Positions 26,148 through 36,574 of a DNA stretch of 64,000 nt are shown in pieces (position 1 is the first letter of the stretch; every line of letters starts with the position of its first letter). The stretch covers positions 389,462-453,461 of the forward strand of contig WJKK01000001.1 in assembly GCA_014729135.1 (NCBI GenBank). Direction: 5' to 3'. Under the pieces are notes generated by a model. The model saw only the letters and a list, made by a program, of their open reading frames with translations, made no database searches and was not told where the DNA came from. Origin of the DNA: a candidate division WWE3 bacterium (GTDB lineage: Bacteria; Patescibacteriota; WWE3; UBA101185; UBA10185). A program made the position numbers and the translations under genes.

Positions 26148-26325
26148 GGACGATCCTTTAGTTTTTCTTCCCAATTACTTTACATAAGCCCTTGGTGCGC
26201 ATTTCATGCAAGGATAATCCTTCTACCGAATATTAGTTCTTCCCATTAACAAGGCTGAAAATACGTTTGAATACAAGGATTATCTTTAAAACATAAGTTT
26301 AGAAGTGTGTTAATCTGGGAGAGCT

Positions 26326-28008
26326 ATGGACATTAAATCGCGTCTTAATATTTATGGAAAAGCTGCTGATTTAGAAACTGCCCAAAAGCTTTTACTAAAC
26401 AAGCGAGGCTTCTCCAATTTGGATGAGGCTAAAGACTTTTTAAACCCCAAACATGCTCTTGAGTACCTCAGAAACTTTCCATCCGATTTTAAAAACAACT
26501 TAAAAAAGTCGGCCAAACTTATCCGGGAGGCTATAGCAAAAGATCAGCCAATAATAATTCATGGAGATTATGATGCAGATGGAGTTTGCGCTACTTCCAT
26601 TATTTACAACGCCCTAACCAAAGACTTAAACTATCAAAATGTAATTTACTTTATTCCTAACAGATTTGATCACGGCTATGGCCTATCCAAAGGTTCTATA
26701 GATGATTCCATAAGTAAAGCTCTAGCCGAATTAGATAGCGCCTCACAAAAAGCTACTCAAAAACCGGTTCTATTTATAACCGTAGACAGCGGAATCACCT
26801 CCCATGAAGAAGTTGATTACATCAAAAGCCTAGGTCATCAAATTTTAATAACGGATCATCACCAAAAACCCGATACCCTTCCAAAAGCCGATCAAATTTT
26901 ATGGACTGAAAAAATTGTAGGCGCTTCTATAGCTTGGGTTTTGGCCTATGCACTTGGAGCCAAAAACCCTGACTATCTTGCTCTGGCTGCTTTGGCCACA
27001 GTTACCGATGTTTACGATATTAAAGGAATAAACCGCTCTATAGTAAAGCGAGGACTTTCTCAAATTAATACCGCTCCTCCTTTGGGAATTGCCCAGTTAA
27101 TAGAAACTTCCGGTTTAAGCGGTAAGAATATAACGACATATCATTTGGGATGGGTTTTGGGTCCTAGAATAAACGCAACCGGCCGCCTTTCCGAAGCTTC
27201 CAAAGCAGTGCGCCTTTTAACAACTACTGACTCAAAAGTTGCTCTTGCCACAGCTAAACATCTTGATCAAATTAATCGAGATCGGCAAGAAGAGACTTCA
27301 CGCATGTACGATTTGGTAGCCGGAATAAAAACTTCGCAAACCTATTCAGATCAAAATTTCATCCTAGCAGCTCATGAGGACTTTCACGAAGGAATCATTG
27401 GCTTGGTAGCTTCCCGCCTGGTTCGCACTTATTATCGCCCTTCAATTGTCATCAGTAAAAATGAAAAGCACGGTAAGGGGTCGGTTCGCTCTATTGAAGG
27501 CGTTAACATTATTAAGCTTTTGCGTGAGTTTGAAGATTTGTTTGTTGATTTAGGCGGGCATCCTATGGCAGCAGGCTTTACTATTGATTTGCAAAAGATA
27601 GCAGATCTAGAGCAGTCTTTAACTGAGGCTTTTGCGGATCGCTACTCCAAAGAAGTTTTTGTGCCTTCAATTTCTGTTGATGCTGAAATTCTCTTGGATT
27701 TAGTTAATTGGGATTTGTTTAATTTTATAGAGCAGTTGAAGCCTTTTGGGCAAGGGAATCGCTCTCCAAAGTTTTTAACCCGGGATTTAGGTGTGGCAAA
27801 TATTAATTTTGTAGGGCGAGATAAAAATCACACTTCTTTAAAGCTTTTTGATGGTACCCGCTCTCAAAAGGCAATTTATTTTAATTCTAAGGATAAGTTT
27901 TCTAATGTTTCTTTAGGGGATAAACTGGATGTGGTTTATTCTATTAAGGAGAATAATTATCGTGGTAATAGAAGTTTAGATTTGTTTGTCGACGAGATTT
28001 TCTCTTAA
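26326..28008 (+). CDS. recJ: single-stranded-DNA-specific exonuclease RecJ
   Basis: 560 aa; DHH motifs (IIIHGDYDADGV, ITDHHQ) and DHHA1 region. Confidence 0.85.
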   Translation: MDIKSRLNIYGKAADLETAQKLLLNKRGFSNLDEAKDFLNPKHALEYLRNFPSDFKNNLKKSAKLIREAIAKDQPIIIHGDYDADGVCATSIIYNALTKDLNYQNVIYFIPNRFDHGYGLSKGSIDDSISKALAELDSASQKATQKPVLFITVDSGITSHEEVDYIKSLGHQILITDHHQKPDTLPKADQILWTEKIVGASIAWVLAYALGAKNPDYLALAALATVTDVYDIKGINRSIVKRGLSQINTAPPLGIAQLIETSGLSGKNITTYHLGWVLGPRINATGRLSEASKAVRLLTTTDSKVALATAKHLDQINRDRQEETSRMYDLVAGIKTSQTYSDQNFILAAHEDFHEGIIGLVASRLVRTYYRPSIVISKNEKHGKGSVRSIEGVNIIKLLREFEDLFVDLGGHPMAAGFTIDLQKIADLEQSLTEAFADRYSKEVFVPSISVDAEILLDLVNWDLFNFIEQLKPFGQGNRSPKFLTRDLGVANINFVGRDKNHTSLKLFDGTRSQKAIYFNSKDKFSNVSLGDKLDVVYSIKENNYRGNRSLDLFVDEIFS

Positions 28009-28865
28009 TTCAAATTTTCACCTGCTACTTTCTCATGGTATCTCATCAATCTATCAATTCTCCCCTCCACGTCGAAGTCTAAGCCTATCTCTTCGGGAAC
28101 GAAACCGACATCTATTATCCAAGCCTGTAAGCCTTCTTCTTCAGAGTAGCCTATACGAACGCTGTGGTCTCCAATAGTGTATCCCGCCATTTTTGTTGTC
28201 TCATCTGCTATTGAATATACGCGTCGCAGTTCGTCCTCCAACATTTTCCTTTCGGCCTCTGTGAGGGGCTGTTCCAATAGATCTGTTAATTCCATTGCGC
28301 CCACTTTCTCCATTACAGGTACAAAATAGCGCGTAGGAGTGCCAAAAGCGTTCTCCACAGGTGACTCCTGTAGAGCCACACCGTAATATTTAGGGCCCAC
28401 TCCTTTTTCTCCCAAGCGGTGTAAAATATCTGATTGATGAAGATGATAAACGTTTGTATCCGCGCCTTTTTCTATGCGCATTGCATGTAATGCTTTTGCT
28501 ATTAGTGGAGGTGTTTCCACGCCTTCGGGTAATCCTTCTACTCCTAAGACCTCTACCCCTGTATTTGTTGCACCTTGCCCAATAACTTTTCCCAAAGCCG
28601 TTATGTTTAACAATCTGTTTACAGGGGTTTTATAGAGCCCTTCCCCAGAAGTGTCATGTAGTTCTTGTTCTATAAATGTCTCCCCTATGGAGAAGTCTTT
28701 TGCTTCTCCTTCTACTCCCTCTAGTTCTAGGTTGATTTCAAAAGCATCCGGGGCGCTGTATTTTCTTAAACTTTCTTGGTAAGAGGTAGGCATTTCTCCC
28801 CGTTCCGTTTTTAACATATTTCTATTATAGTTTTTGTTGACACACCTTGCAAAATCCCCTATCAT
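28005..28865 (-). CDS. hypothetical protein with protein-kinase-like motifs
   Basis: 286 aa; Gly-rich LGKVIGQGATNTGVEV, HLHQSDILH (His-x-x-Asp), IIDVGF (DFG-like); local GC higher than neighbours. Confidence 0.35.
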   Translation of the reverse strand: MIGDFARCVNKNYNRNMLKTERGEMPTSYQESLRKYSAPDAFEINLELEGVEGEAKDFSIGETFIEQELHDTSGEGLYKTPVNRLLNITALGKVIGQGATNTGVEVLGVEGLPEGVETPPLIAKALHAMRIEKGADTNVYHLHQSDILHRLGEKGVGPKYYGVALQESPVENAFGTPTRYFVPVMEKVGAMELTDLLEQPLTEAERKMLEDELRRVYSIADETTKMAGYTIGDHSVRIGYSEEEGLQAWIIDVGFVPEEIGLDFDVEGRIDRLMRYHEKVAGENLN

Positions 28866-29246
28866 TCCAGCACAAGCAACGACGGAGATTGTGACCCTCC
28901 CGAGCTTTTGGAAGAAACTGGAAAGTTTTGTTTTGAAATCCGCCGGAGAAAACTCCAGAAAACTCCCCGGAAAAAGGAGAAAAATAGCAAAACGTCACCA
29001 CAAGTAAATCCAAACGGGTAAGCCCGTAACAGCTATAAATCAAGTAAAAGCATAGGTGGCACCGTCCACAAACTAAAAGCCTCTTTAAAAAGCCAAAAAA
29101 GCTAAACAAAAGACAAGCTTTTAGCCAAAGGACCCTACGCAGCAGGCGGGGTCTATTTTATTTCCCCAAACAAAATTAAATCGTTATAATCAAATGGAAC
29201 CTCTTACTTATACATCTACAGAGGCTCCCTAAAAAAGGAAGGCAAC

Positions 29247-30533
29247 ATGGAAAGAACACACATATCAAAATTAAAAGAAGCAGTAGGCAAAGAAGTCTTA
29301 ATTAAAGGATTTGTAGAAGCAATTCGCGACCAGGGAAAGATTAAGTTTTTAGTTATTCGGGATGTTACCGGGCAAGTGCAGGTTGTGGTAAAGGATTCTC
29401 CTGCTTTGGAAAAGGTAGAGGACTTAACTTTGGAGTCGGTCATTTCGTTAACCGGTTTGGCAAAAGAAGAGGCACAGGCTCCTGGAGGTTTTGAGATTAA
29501 GGCTACAGACTTTGAGGTTTTGTCTAAAGCAGATCCTGAGTTGGCTATTCCTGTGGTTTACGAAAAGAGTGGGGGAGAAGTAGATGTTTCTAAGCGCTTT
29601 GACTACCGCTGGCTAGACATGCGCCGCCCTGAAAAGCAGGAAATTCTTAAAGTTTGGACCCATTTGGAAAAAGGTTTTAGAGAATTCATGCTAAGTCAGG
29701 ATTTTATCCAAGCTTACAGCCCCTCCTTCATGACGGCTCCGAGTGAATCCGGTTCTGAAGTTTTTGAAGTTTCCTATTTTGAAAGAAAGGCTTATTTAGC
29801 CCAGTCACCTCAATTTTATAAGCAAATGGCTATGGCAGCAGGCCTTGAGAAAATCTTTATGATTGGTCCTGTTTATAGGGCAGAACCTTCTTTTACCACG
29901 CGCCATGTAACAGAATTCACAGGATGGGACTTGGAGTTTTCCTATATTAAAGATCATTACGATGTTATGTCAATGGAAGAGGACATGTTAATTGCAGCTT
30001 TCACGGAGGCCAAAGAAGCTCTGGATCTGGATATAGAAATTCCCACTAAGCCCTTTCCCAAAATAACTATGGTAGAAGCTAAGGAAAAGTTAAAAGCGGC
30101 AGGAGTTCATAGTGCTAAGGAGCATGATGTTAGTCCGGAGGAAGAGCGAGAAATTAGTCGCATAATTAAGGAAGAAACGGGGCATGATTTTGTGTTTTTA
30201 ACAGATTGGCATGTTTCAGAGCGTCCTTTTTATCATATGCGGCATGAAGATAATCCTCAGCTTACAAAAAGTTTTGACTTGATTTACAAAGGCGTTGAAA
30301 TTACAACAGGTGCTCAAAGGGAGCATCGCCTAGAGGTGCTTAAAGAACAAGCTCTGGAAAAGGGTATGTCACTTGACTCTATAGCGGAGTATTTGAAGTT
30401 TTTTCAGTATGGATGTCCTCCACATGGAGGTGCAGGAATAGGTCCGGCAAGAATTGTGATGAAGCTTATGGATCTTCCAAGTATAAAAGAGGCTACATTT
30501 TTGCCTAGAGATGTTAAGCGATTGACGCCCTAG
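29247..30533 (+). CDS. aspS: aspartyl-tRNA synthetase, archaeal/eukaryotic-type class IIb
   Basis: 428 aa; QSPQFYKQ, FRAE-like PVYRAEPS, GAGIGPARIVM motif 3; TATAAT at 29185-29190 upstream. Confidence 0.8.
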   Translation: MERTHISKLKEAVGKEVLIKGFVEAIRDQGKIKFLVIRDVTGQVQVVVKDSPALEKVEDLTLESVISLTGLAKEEAQAPGGFEIKATDFEVLSKADPELAIPVVYEKSGGEVDVSKRFDYRWLDMRRPEKQEILKVWTHLEKGFREFMLSQDFIQAYSPSFMTAPSESGSEVFEVSYFERKAYLAQSPQFYKQMAMAAGLEKIFMIGPVYRAEPSFTTRHVTEFTGWDLEFSYIKDHYDVMSMEEDMLIAAFTEAKEALDLDIEIPTKPFPKITMVEAKEKLKAAGVHSAKEHDVSPEEEREISRIIKEETGHDFVFLTDWHVSERPFYHMRHEDNPQLTKSFDLIYKGVEITTGAQREHRLEVLKEQALEKGMSLDSIAEYLKFFQYGCPPHGGAGIGPARIVMKLMDLPSIKEATFLPRDVKRLTP

Positions 30534-30545
30534 ACTAAAGCAGAA

Positions 30546-31037
30546 TTGTTATCTGATCAACAAAAAATGACAGTAAAAGAAAAAATCCTAAAAATGCTGC
30601 AAGAAGCAGACATAAAATATCGCTCTATTGAACATGAGCCTGTTTACACCAGCAAGGAAGCCGCTGAAATAAGAGATACTCGAGATGATATGGGTGCTAA
30701 GGCTTTAATTTGCAGTGCTGATAAAAAGCCTGTTTTGATAGTAGTTCCCGGCAATAAAAAGGTTGATTTTAAGGCTTTTAAGCATCGGTTTAATGTTTCG
30801 GATTTGTATTTGCTATCACCCGAAAAGGTCACAGAGTTAACCGGATTAGAAATAGGTTCAATTCCTCCCGTAGGTAAGGCCATGGACTTGCCTTCTTATT
30901 ACGATATCACCTTTCGCGAAGTTGACGATGTTGCTTTTAATGCCGGTTCCCACACATTTTCCATTGTTATGCAGGCTGCTGATTTAATTAAGCTGGAAGA
31001 GCCTCGTTTTGGGAAATTTGCATGCTCGAAAAGTTAG
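30546..31037 (+). CDS. ybaK: YbaK/ProX-family aminoacyl-tRNA deacylase (trans-editing)
   Basis: 163 aa; YbaK-like fold signature ...LEIGSIPPVG... Confidence 0.7.
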   Translation: MLSDQQKMTVKEKILKMLQEADIKYRSIEHEPVYTSKEAAEIRDTRDDMGAKALICSADKKPVLIVVPGNKKVDFKAFKHRFNVSDLYLLSPEKVTELTGLEIGSIPPVGKAMDLPSYYDITFREVDDVAFNAGSHTFSIVMQAADLIKLEEPRFGKFACSKS

Positions 31038-32053
31038 TAAGAAAAATCTTAGTTTTTGGAGTTGACGCTTTTCTTTTTTCTGTTGTTTTTATTGGCAAGT
31101 TAGGAAGTTTACATGGGGTTTTTCAACTTTTTCTTTTTTCATTTCTCTTTATTACTCTAGCTAGAGCGGAAAAACTTGCAAACGTTTCTCCTAATTATTT
31201 TACTCACTTGTACACGCCCTACAAAGAAATTTCATCAAAAAAGGAGCCCCTGTCAGCGGATCTCAATCTTACTCGCTTTCCTGAAGTAACAGCAAAAGCA
31301 GTTTTAGTTGCAGACCTAAATTCGCAAAAAATTTTGTATGAAAAGTCAGCTGATGTTCGGTTTGCCCCGGCGTCTACAACAAAACTAATGACTGCTCTAG
31401 TGGCGCGTGATCTTTACTTTCCTCTAAGGGATGACATTTATATTCCTTTAAAGTGTGCGCAAACGCCGGGAATGGAGTTGGGGCTTTTTGCAGAGGAGAA
31501 AATTTCTTACATAGATTTGTTAAACGCCGCTCTTATAGGATCCGCTAATGATGCCGCTTGTACTTTGGCTAATGAGCTTACTTCAGAGGAGGAGTTTGTA
31601 GCTGCTATGAATGCAAAGGCCGAGGATTTAGGCCTGGAAGATACGCACTTTACTAATCCGGTGGGATTTGATGACGCTAATTATTTGCATTATTCGTCAG
31701 CGCGGAATTTGTACCTGCTTACTTTGGAGGCGCGTAAGGATCCGGTGATTAAAAAGCTAATCCGGCAAAAAAATTACACTTTGTTAACAGGGGATATTTT
31801 GCGAAAGGCGACTTCTACAAATAAGCTTTTATGGGAGATTCCGGGGACTGTGGGTGTTAAGACGGGAACAACGGAGGAGGCGGGTCAGGTTTTAATTTAT
31901 GAGTATGATTCTGCTTTTGATTCTTCAAAGGGGGCAGTTGCCAAGAATGGGGAAAAGCGCAATATTTTGATCATTGTTATGGGAAGTGAGGATCGCTTTA
32001 AAGAAACCGAAAAGATTTTGGACTGGACCTTAAAGCGCTTCGTCTGGCTTTAG
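31022..32053 (+). CDS. D-alanyl-D-alanine carboxypeptidase (S11, PBP5-like)
   Basis: 343 aa; SxxK (ASTTK), SxN (GSANDAA), KTG (VKTGTT) motifs; N-terminal TM. Confidence 0.8.
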   Translation: MLEKLVRKILVFGVDAFLFSVVFIGKLGSLHGVFQLFLFSFLFITLARAEKLANVSPNYFTHLYTPYKEISSKKEPLSADLNLTRFPEVTAKAVLVADLNSQKILYEKSADVRFAPASTTKLMTALVARDLYFPLRDDIYIPLKCAQTPGMELGLFAEEKISYIDLLNAALIGSANDAACTLANELTSEEEFVAAMNAKAEDLGLEDTHFTNPVGFDDANYLHYSSARNLYLLTLEARKDPVIKKLIRQKNYTLLTGDILRKATSTNKLLWEIPGTVGVKTGTTEEAGQVLIYEYDSAFDSSKGAVAKNGEKRNILIIVMGSEDRFKETEKILDWTLKRFVWL

Positions 32054-32054
32054 T

Positions 32055-33230
32055 TTACTCTAGCGGTTCACTTTCCACCTGCTTCACATACTCCCCTGAA
32101 ACTGCCGGATAATAAAGCGAAATCGAACCCTTCTCATTATTAGGCCCAATGTAATTACCCTCAAAAACATAAACAGGTTGCAAATAAAGCTGCTCCTCCG
32201 AATCGTCATAATAAGCCAAAGAAATATCATTAACTAAAATCTCCGCAATTTCCACAGGCTTATACTCCTGAAAAGGACTTTGCGTATTTGGCTTCACATA
32301 AGAAATCACAGCATTATCCTGAATCACCTGATTCCATGCAGTTCCCACCGGAATAACCGGATACGTAGCCCGTGTTTGTGTCTGAATCTCGCGAACATTG
32401 TACTCAATATGCGGATGAATTAACACATTTCCCACAGCATCCCGATCAACCTCTTTTTTCCCCACATAAACCCGCACCAAACCCCGCCCATGATTAGGCC
32501 CTACAATAGGAAAATCCTCAATCTCCCGGAAAAATTCAACCATCCCAATTTCAGCTTCTCCCGCATAAGACGTATACTCAATAACTCCATTTTCAACACT
32601 TCCCAAATTAACCTCTTGAGACCCCCGCAAATACAAAGGATCCGAAAAGCGTCCAATATTTTGCAGCACATTCTTAGCAATTGCCTTCGCCGAAGTCCTA
32701 TCCATGCTCCCCTCCGGATACTTTCCTGTTAACGATGTCTGAGGAGTTCGCAAATTCAGCTCCTGCGTATTAGTATCAATTGTCAAATTTGCTCCCGTTA
32801 AAGGCTCCACCCACGTATAAACATCTCCCTTCAAATTAGTAGTCAAATTATCCTCCGAAAAACCCAACGTTTCTGCATTTCTGGCAGCACGCTTTCCTGC
32901 CTCATAAGAAAAAGGCGTCTTAATATACTTGTAAACTTTCATCCTTTGAGGCAAATTAGCCGGAAGCTTTCCATCACTTGTAAAAAGCGTGTATTTAGGC
33001 GACTCCGTATTCAATATTTTTTGCGGTTCAAACTGGATAGGCTCCAAAAGCCCAAATGCAGGATTTGGCGGATTCTTTGGCGGAAACATAGCTTTCCAAG
33101 CATTTTTAGCTGCAGGAGCAAGGAAAAATGCCCCCATAAAATACACAAGTATAAACACCACAATTCCCACGAAAGCAAGTTTTGTGGTTTTGGCAGCTGT
33201 AGTAAGACTCATGCATTTATTATAGTACAA
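32055..33230 (-). CDS. hypothetical membrane-anchored extracytoplasmic protein
   Basis: 391 aa; single N-terminal TM then a soluble domain; no family recognised. Confidence 0.5.
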   Translation of the reverse strand: MYYNKCMSLTTAAKTTKLAFVGIVVFILVYFMGAFFLAPAAKNAWKAMFPPKNPPNPAFGLLEPIQFEPQKILNTESPKYTLFTSDGKLPANLPQRMKVYKYIKTPFSYEAGKRAARNAETLGFSEDNLTTNLKGDVYTWVEPLTGANLTIDTNTQELNLRTPQTSLTGKYPEGSMDRTSAKAIAKNVLQNIGRFSDPLYLRGSQEVNLGSVENGVIEYTSYAGEAEIGMVEFFREIEDFPIVGPNHGRGLVRVYVGKKEVDRDAVGNVLIHPHIEYNVREIQTQTRATYPVIPVGTAWNQVIQDNAVISYVKPNTQSPFQEYKPVEIAEILVNDISLAYYDDSEEQLYLQPVYVFEGNYIGPNNEKGSISLYYPAVSGEYVKQVESEPLE

Positions 33231-33253
33231 AAAGTATGTGTTAAAATCTCACT

Positions 33254-34714
33254 ATGTCAGTACGAGTAAGAATGGCGCCAAGTCCTACAGGTGAATATCA
33301 TATTGGGCATATTCGCACGGTTCTGTACAATTGGGCGTTTGCTAAAAAGGAAGAAGGTACTTTTGTAATTCGCATTGAAGATACTGATCGGGAGCGCTTT
33401 GTTGAGGGGGCAGCAGACAGAATTTTGGCTGTTATTTCGCTTTATGGTTTAGATTGGGATGAGGGTCCTAATAAGGGAGGTTCTTTTGGTCCGTATACTC
33501 AGTCAAAACGGCTTGATCTTTATAAGGATTATGCCGAAAACCTAGTGGAGCAGGGCGATGCTTATTATTGTTTTTGTACTAAAGAAAGGCTGAGCGATTT
33601 AAGGAAGCAGCAGCGAGAGCAGGGGATTCCTCCTAAGTACGATAAAAAATGTCTTGGGCTTTCCAAGGATGCGGTAAAAGAGCGTTTGGAAGCAGGCGAG
33701 TCTCACGTAATTCGTCTAAATGTTCCCGAAAACAGAGATATTACTTTTTCGGATGTTGTCTATGGCGATATAACAGTTAATACAAACGATATTGATGATC
33801 AGGTTTTGTTAAAGTCCGATGGATTTCCTACTTACCACTTGGCTGTAGTTATAGATGATCATTTAATGGAAATTACACACATTATGCGAGGAATGGACTG
33901 GATTCCTTCAACGCCAAAGCATGTTTTGTTGTATGAAGCTTTTGGCTGGGATCTTCCTATTTATGCGCATCTGCCTAATATTAAGGAATTGGGCGGTAGT
34001 AAAAAGCTTTCTAAACGTTTTGGTTCCGTTTATGCGATTGAATTTCTAAAAGAAGGTTATCTTTCTGAGGCTCTCCTAAACTTTCTAATGTTTTTAGGTT
34101 GGAATCCCGGTACAGAAAAGGAAATCTATACATTGGAAGAGTTTATTGAGGACTTTTCACTGGAAGATGTTCATAAAACAGATCTGGTTGCTTTTGATCG
34201 CAAAAAGCTTTTATGGATGAATGGGCAGTACATTCGCAATTTGGAAACTAAGGATTTGTGGCAAAAACTTAAGGAATGGTCTGAAAGGTTTGAAATTGAT
34301 TTAGGTGTAGGGGAGATCTCCGAGGAATATATTTTACAGGCTTTATCTTTAGTGCAAACTCGTATGAAGTTGTTGCCGGATTTTATGGAAAGGACTACTT
34401 ACTTTTTTAAGGAACCGGAAATTCCCGTGGAGTTGCTAACAAAGTATGCCAAATCCCCGGAACGTACAAAAGAAATTCTTGAAAAATTTATTGACCTTTA
34501 TGAAGGCGTGAAAGAGTGGTCTGTGGAAATTCTTGATCAAACTTCACATGAGTTAATAGAAAAACATGATTATTCTCCAAAAGAGGCGTTTATGACCGTG
34601 CGTGTGGCTATAAGTGGGCGAAAGGCGACTCCTCCGCTTTTTGACATGCTAGGCTTAATAGGAAAAGAAAAGTCTGTTAATCGCTTAAAAGAATCACTAA
34701 AACTACTTGAATAG
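33254..34714 (+). CDS. gltX: glutamyl-tRNA synthetase
   Basis: 486 aa; HIGH (YHIGH) and KMSKS-like (KLSKR) motifs. Confidence 0.9.
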   Translation: MSVRVRMAPSPTGEYHIGHIRTVLYNWAFAKKEEGTFVIRIEDTDRERFVEGAADRILAVISLYGLDWDEGPNKGGSFGPYTQSKRLDLYKDYAENLVEQGDAYYCFCTKERLSDLRKQQREQGIPPKYDKKCLGLSKDAVKERLEAGESHVIRLNVPENRDITFSDVVYGDITVNTNDIDDQVLLKSDGFPTYHLAVVIDDHLMEITHIMRGMDWIPSTPKHVLLYEAFGWDLPIYAHLPNIKELGGSKKLSKRFGSVYAIEFLKEGYLSEALLNFLMFLGWNPGTEKEIYTLEEFIEDFSLEDVHKTDLVAFDRKKLLWMNGQYIRNLETKDLWQKLKEWSERFEIDLGVGEISEEYILQALSLVQTRMKLLPDFMERTTYFFKEPEIPVELLTKYAKSPERTKEILEKFIDLYEGVKEWSVEILDQTSHELIEKHDYSPKEAFMTVRVAISGRKATPPLFDMLGLIGKEKSVNRLKESLKLLE

Positions 34715-34816
34715 CTTCTAGAATTCCAGTTTAGATAGAATAATGCCTGTTGTAATTTATTTCGTGATATCGTAGACTTAACTTAATTACATAAAAAAGT
34801 TTGAAAGGAAAATAAA

Positions 34817-35938
34817 ATGGCTAAAAAATCAGCAAAGAATGAACAAGATAACAGTAACGATGCAAAGCAAGTAGCTTTAAAGTCGGCTTTATCTCAAATT
34901 GAAAAAGAATTTGGTACGGGAGCAATTATGAAGTTGGGCGATCGTGCTAAGCAGCAGGTAGAGGTTATTCCCACAGGGTCTATTGCACTTGATATTGCTT
35001 TAGGTGTTGGAGGAGTTCCACGTGGGCGAATTGTAGAGGTTTACGGTCCTGAATCTTCGGGTAAGACTACGTTAATTCAACATATTATTGCAGAGGCGCA
35101 AAAAGCCGGAGGTACGGCAGCCCTAATTGACGCGGAAAATGCTTTTGATCCCATTTATGCGCAAAAAACAGGAGTAGATGTGGAGAATTTGCTTGTCTCC
35201 CAGCCCGATACAGGTGAGCAGGCTTTAGAAATAGCAGAAACTTTAATTCGCTCCAATGCTTTAGATATCATTGCTATAGACTCAGTTGCAGCTTTAGTGC
35301 CTCGTGCGGAAATTGAAGGCGACATTGGCGACTCCACTATTGCTTTGCAGGCACGTTTGATGAGCAAGGCTCTCCGTAGGATTACAAGTGCCGTAAATCG
35401 CTCCAATACAACCGTAATCTTTACTAACCAGTTAAGAATGAAGATAGGTGTTATGTTTGGTAATCCGGAAACTACTCCGGGAGGCCGTGCTTTAAGATTT
35501 TATTCGTCAGTAAGAATGGATATTCGTAGGATTCAGTCGCTAAAGGAAGATGGAGAATTTGAAGGAAATCGTGTGCGAGTTAAAGTAGTGAAAAATAAGG
35601 TGGCTCCTCCCTTTAGAACAGCAGAATTTGATATTTTGTTTAACGAAGGAATTAGCAAGGAAGGAAACATTTTAGATGTAGGTGCAGAGTTTGACATTAT
35701 AGAAAGAGCCGGTTCTTGGTATAGCTATGGCGAGGAAAAGTTAGGTCAGGGGCGTGCAAATTCCATAGATACTTTAAAGCAAAATAAAAAGCTATGCGAC
35801 GAAATAGAAAAAAAGATCAAAAAGAAGGTAAGGGAAGAAAAAGAAATTCCTTTGGCTGTGGGCTCCGATGAAGATGAATCCTCCGAAAAAGATACAGAAA
35901 CAGACGGATCAAAAGATCAGCAAAAAGACGAAAAATAA
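34817..35938 (+). CDS. recA: recombinase RecA
   Basis: 373 aa; [10 protein letters not shown] Walker A and RecA core; acidic C-tail. Confidence 0.95.
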   Translation: MAKKSAKNEQDNSNDAKQVALKSALSQIEKEFGTGAIMKLGDRAKQQVEVIPTGSIALDIALGVGGVPRGRIVEVYGPESSGKTTLIQHIIAEAQKAGGTAALIDAENAFDPIYAQKTGVDVENLLVSQPDTGEQALEIAETLIRSNALDIIAIDSVAALVPRAEIEGDIGDSTIALQARLMSKALRRITSAVNRSNTTVIFTNQLRMKIGVMFGNPETTPGGRALRFYSSVRMDIRRIQSLKEDGEFEGNRVRVKVVKNKVAPPFRTAEFDILFNEGISKEGNILDVGAEFDIIERAGSWYSYGEEKLGQGRANSIDTLKQNKKLCDEIEKKIKKKVREEKEIPLAVGSDEDESSEKDTETDGSKDQQKDEK

Positions 35939-36395
35939 GCTAGAAGCCAAAATTTTAAGGTTTTTAAGTTACAAGTCACGCACTGTTTCTGAAACTAGGG
36001 AAGCCGGTCACAAATATCTAAGAAACTATAAATCCTTATCTAAAGCGGAAAAAGAGCAACTAATTAACGAGATTTTGGAACCTCTAAAAGAAGCAGGATA
36101 TTTGGATGATGTTGATTACGCGGCGTCTTATATAAGAGAGCAAAAGCAAAGATCACTCCCAAGGGGACCCTACTATATTTTTAGCTTTTTGCGTACAAAA
36201 GGTCTGGAAAGAGACTTAATCCAAAAATCCTTAGAAGAAAACTACTCCGATGAAGATCAAGAAAAATGTATTCGGAATTTAATCCGAAAAAAGAACGACA
36301 AACCAAAAGACAAATTAATAGCTTATTTACTTAGACGAGGCTTCAGTAAGCACTTAGTTTACCGCCTTGTTGACAGCAATCACAAAAATCATTAA
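35868..36395 (+). CDS. recX: regulatory protein RecX (start uncertain, overlaps recA 3' end)
   Basis: 175 aa; three-helix repeat pattern ([15 protein letters not shown]...); directly after recA. Confidence 0.65.
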   Translation: MKMNPPKKIQKQTDQKISKKTKNKLEAKILRFLSYKSRTVSETREAGHKYLRNYKSLSKAEKEQLINEILEPLKEAGYLDDVDYAASYIREQKQRSLPRGPYYIFSFLRTKGLERDLIQKSLEENYSDEDQEKCIRNLIRKKNDKPKDKLIAYLLRRGFSKHLVYRLVDSNHKNH

Positions 36396-36574
36396 AATTC
36401 ACCCTGTTGAGGATTTTTAGGATTATGAGAAATACAACATTTTATGTTAAACACACATGAAAAAACAACAGAACATGAACGTCTTGCTATTGCGATAACC
36501 GTAGTATCTCTTACGGCCTAAATTCCTCTTTACTAACAATTTAAGTTTTACCCTAGTGGTAGAAAGGTTTATTT

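Noticed and set aside
28825-29109. 94-aa minus-strand ORF in the long non-coding region
   Set aside because: Cys/Phe-rich, no RBS, and it overlaps the start of the 286-aa gene out of frame. It is more likely leader or ncRNA sequence.
28866-29246. Checked by eye for tRNA, tmRNA, RNase P RNA and SRP RNA signatures
   Set aside because: No GTTCGAATCC-type T-loop, no tRNA-like 5' or 3' ends, no SRP domain IV GGAAGCAGCC-like motif and no RNase P P4 element. An unassigned structured RNA or leader remains possible.
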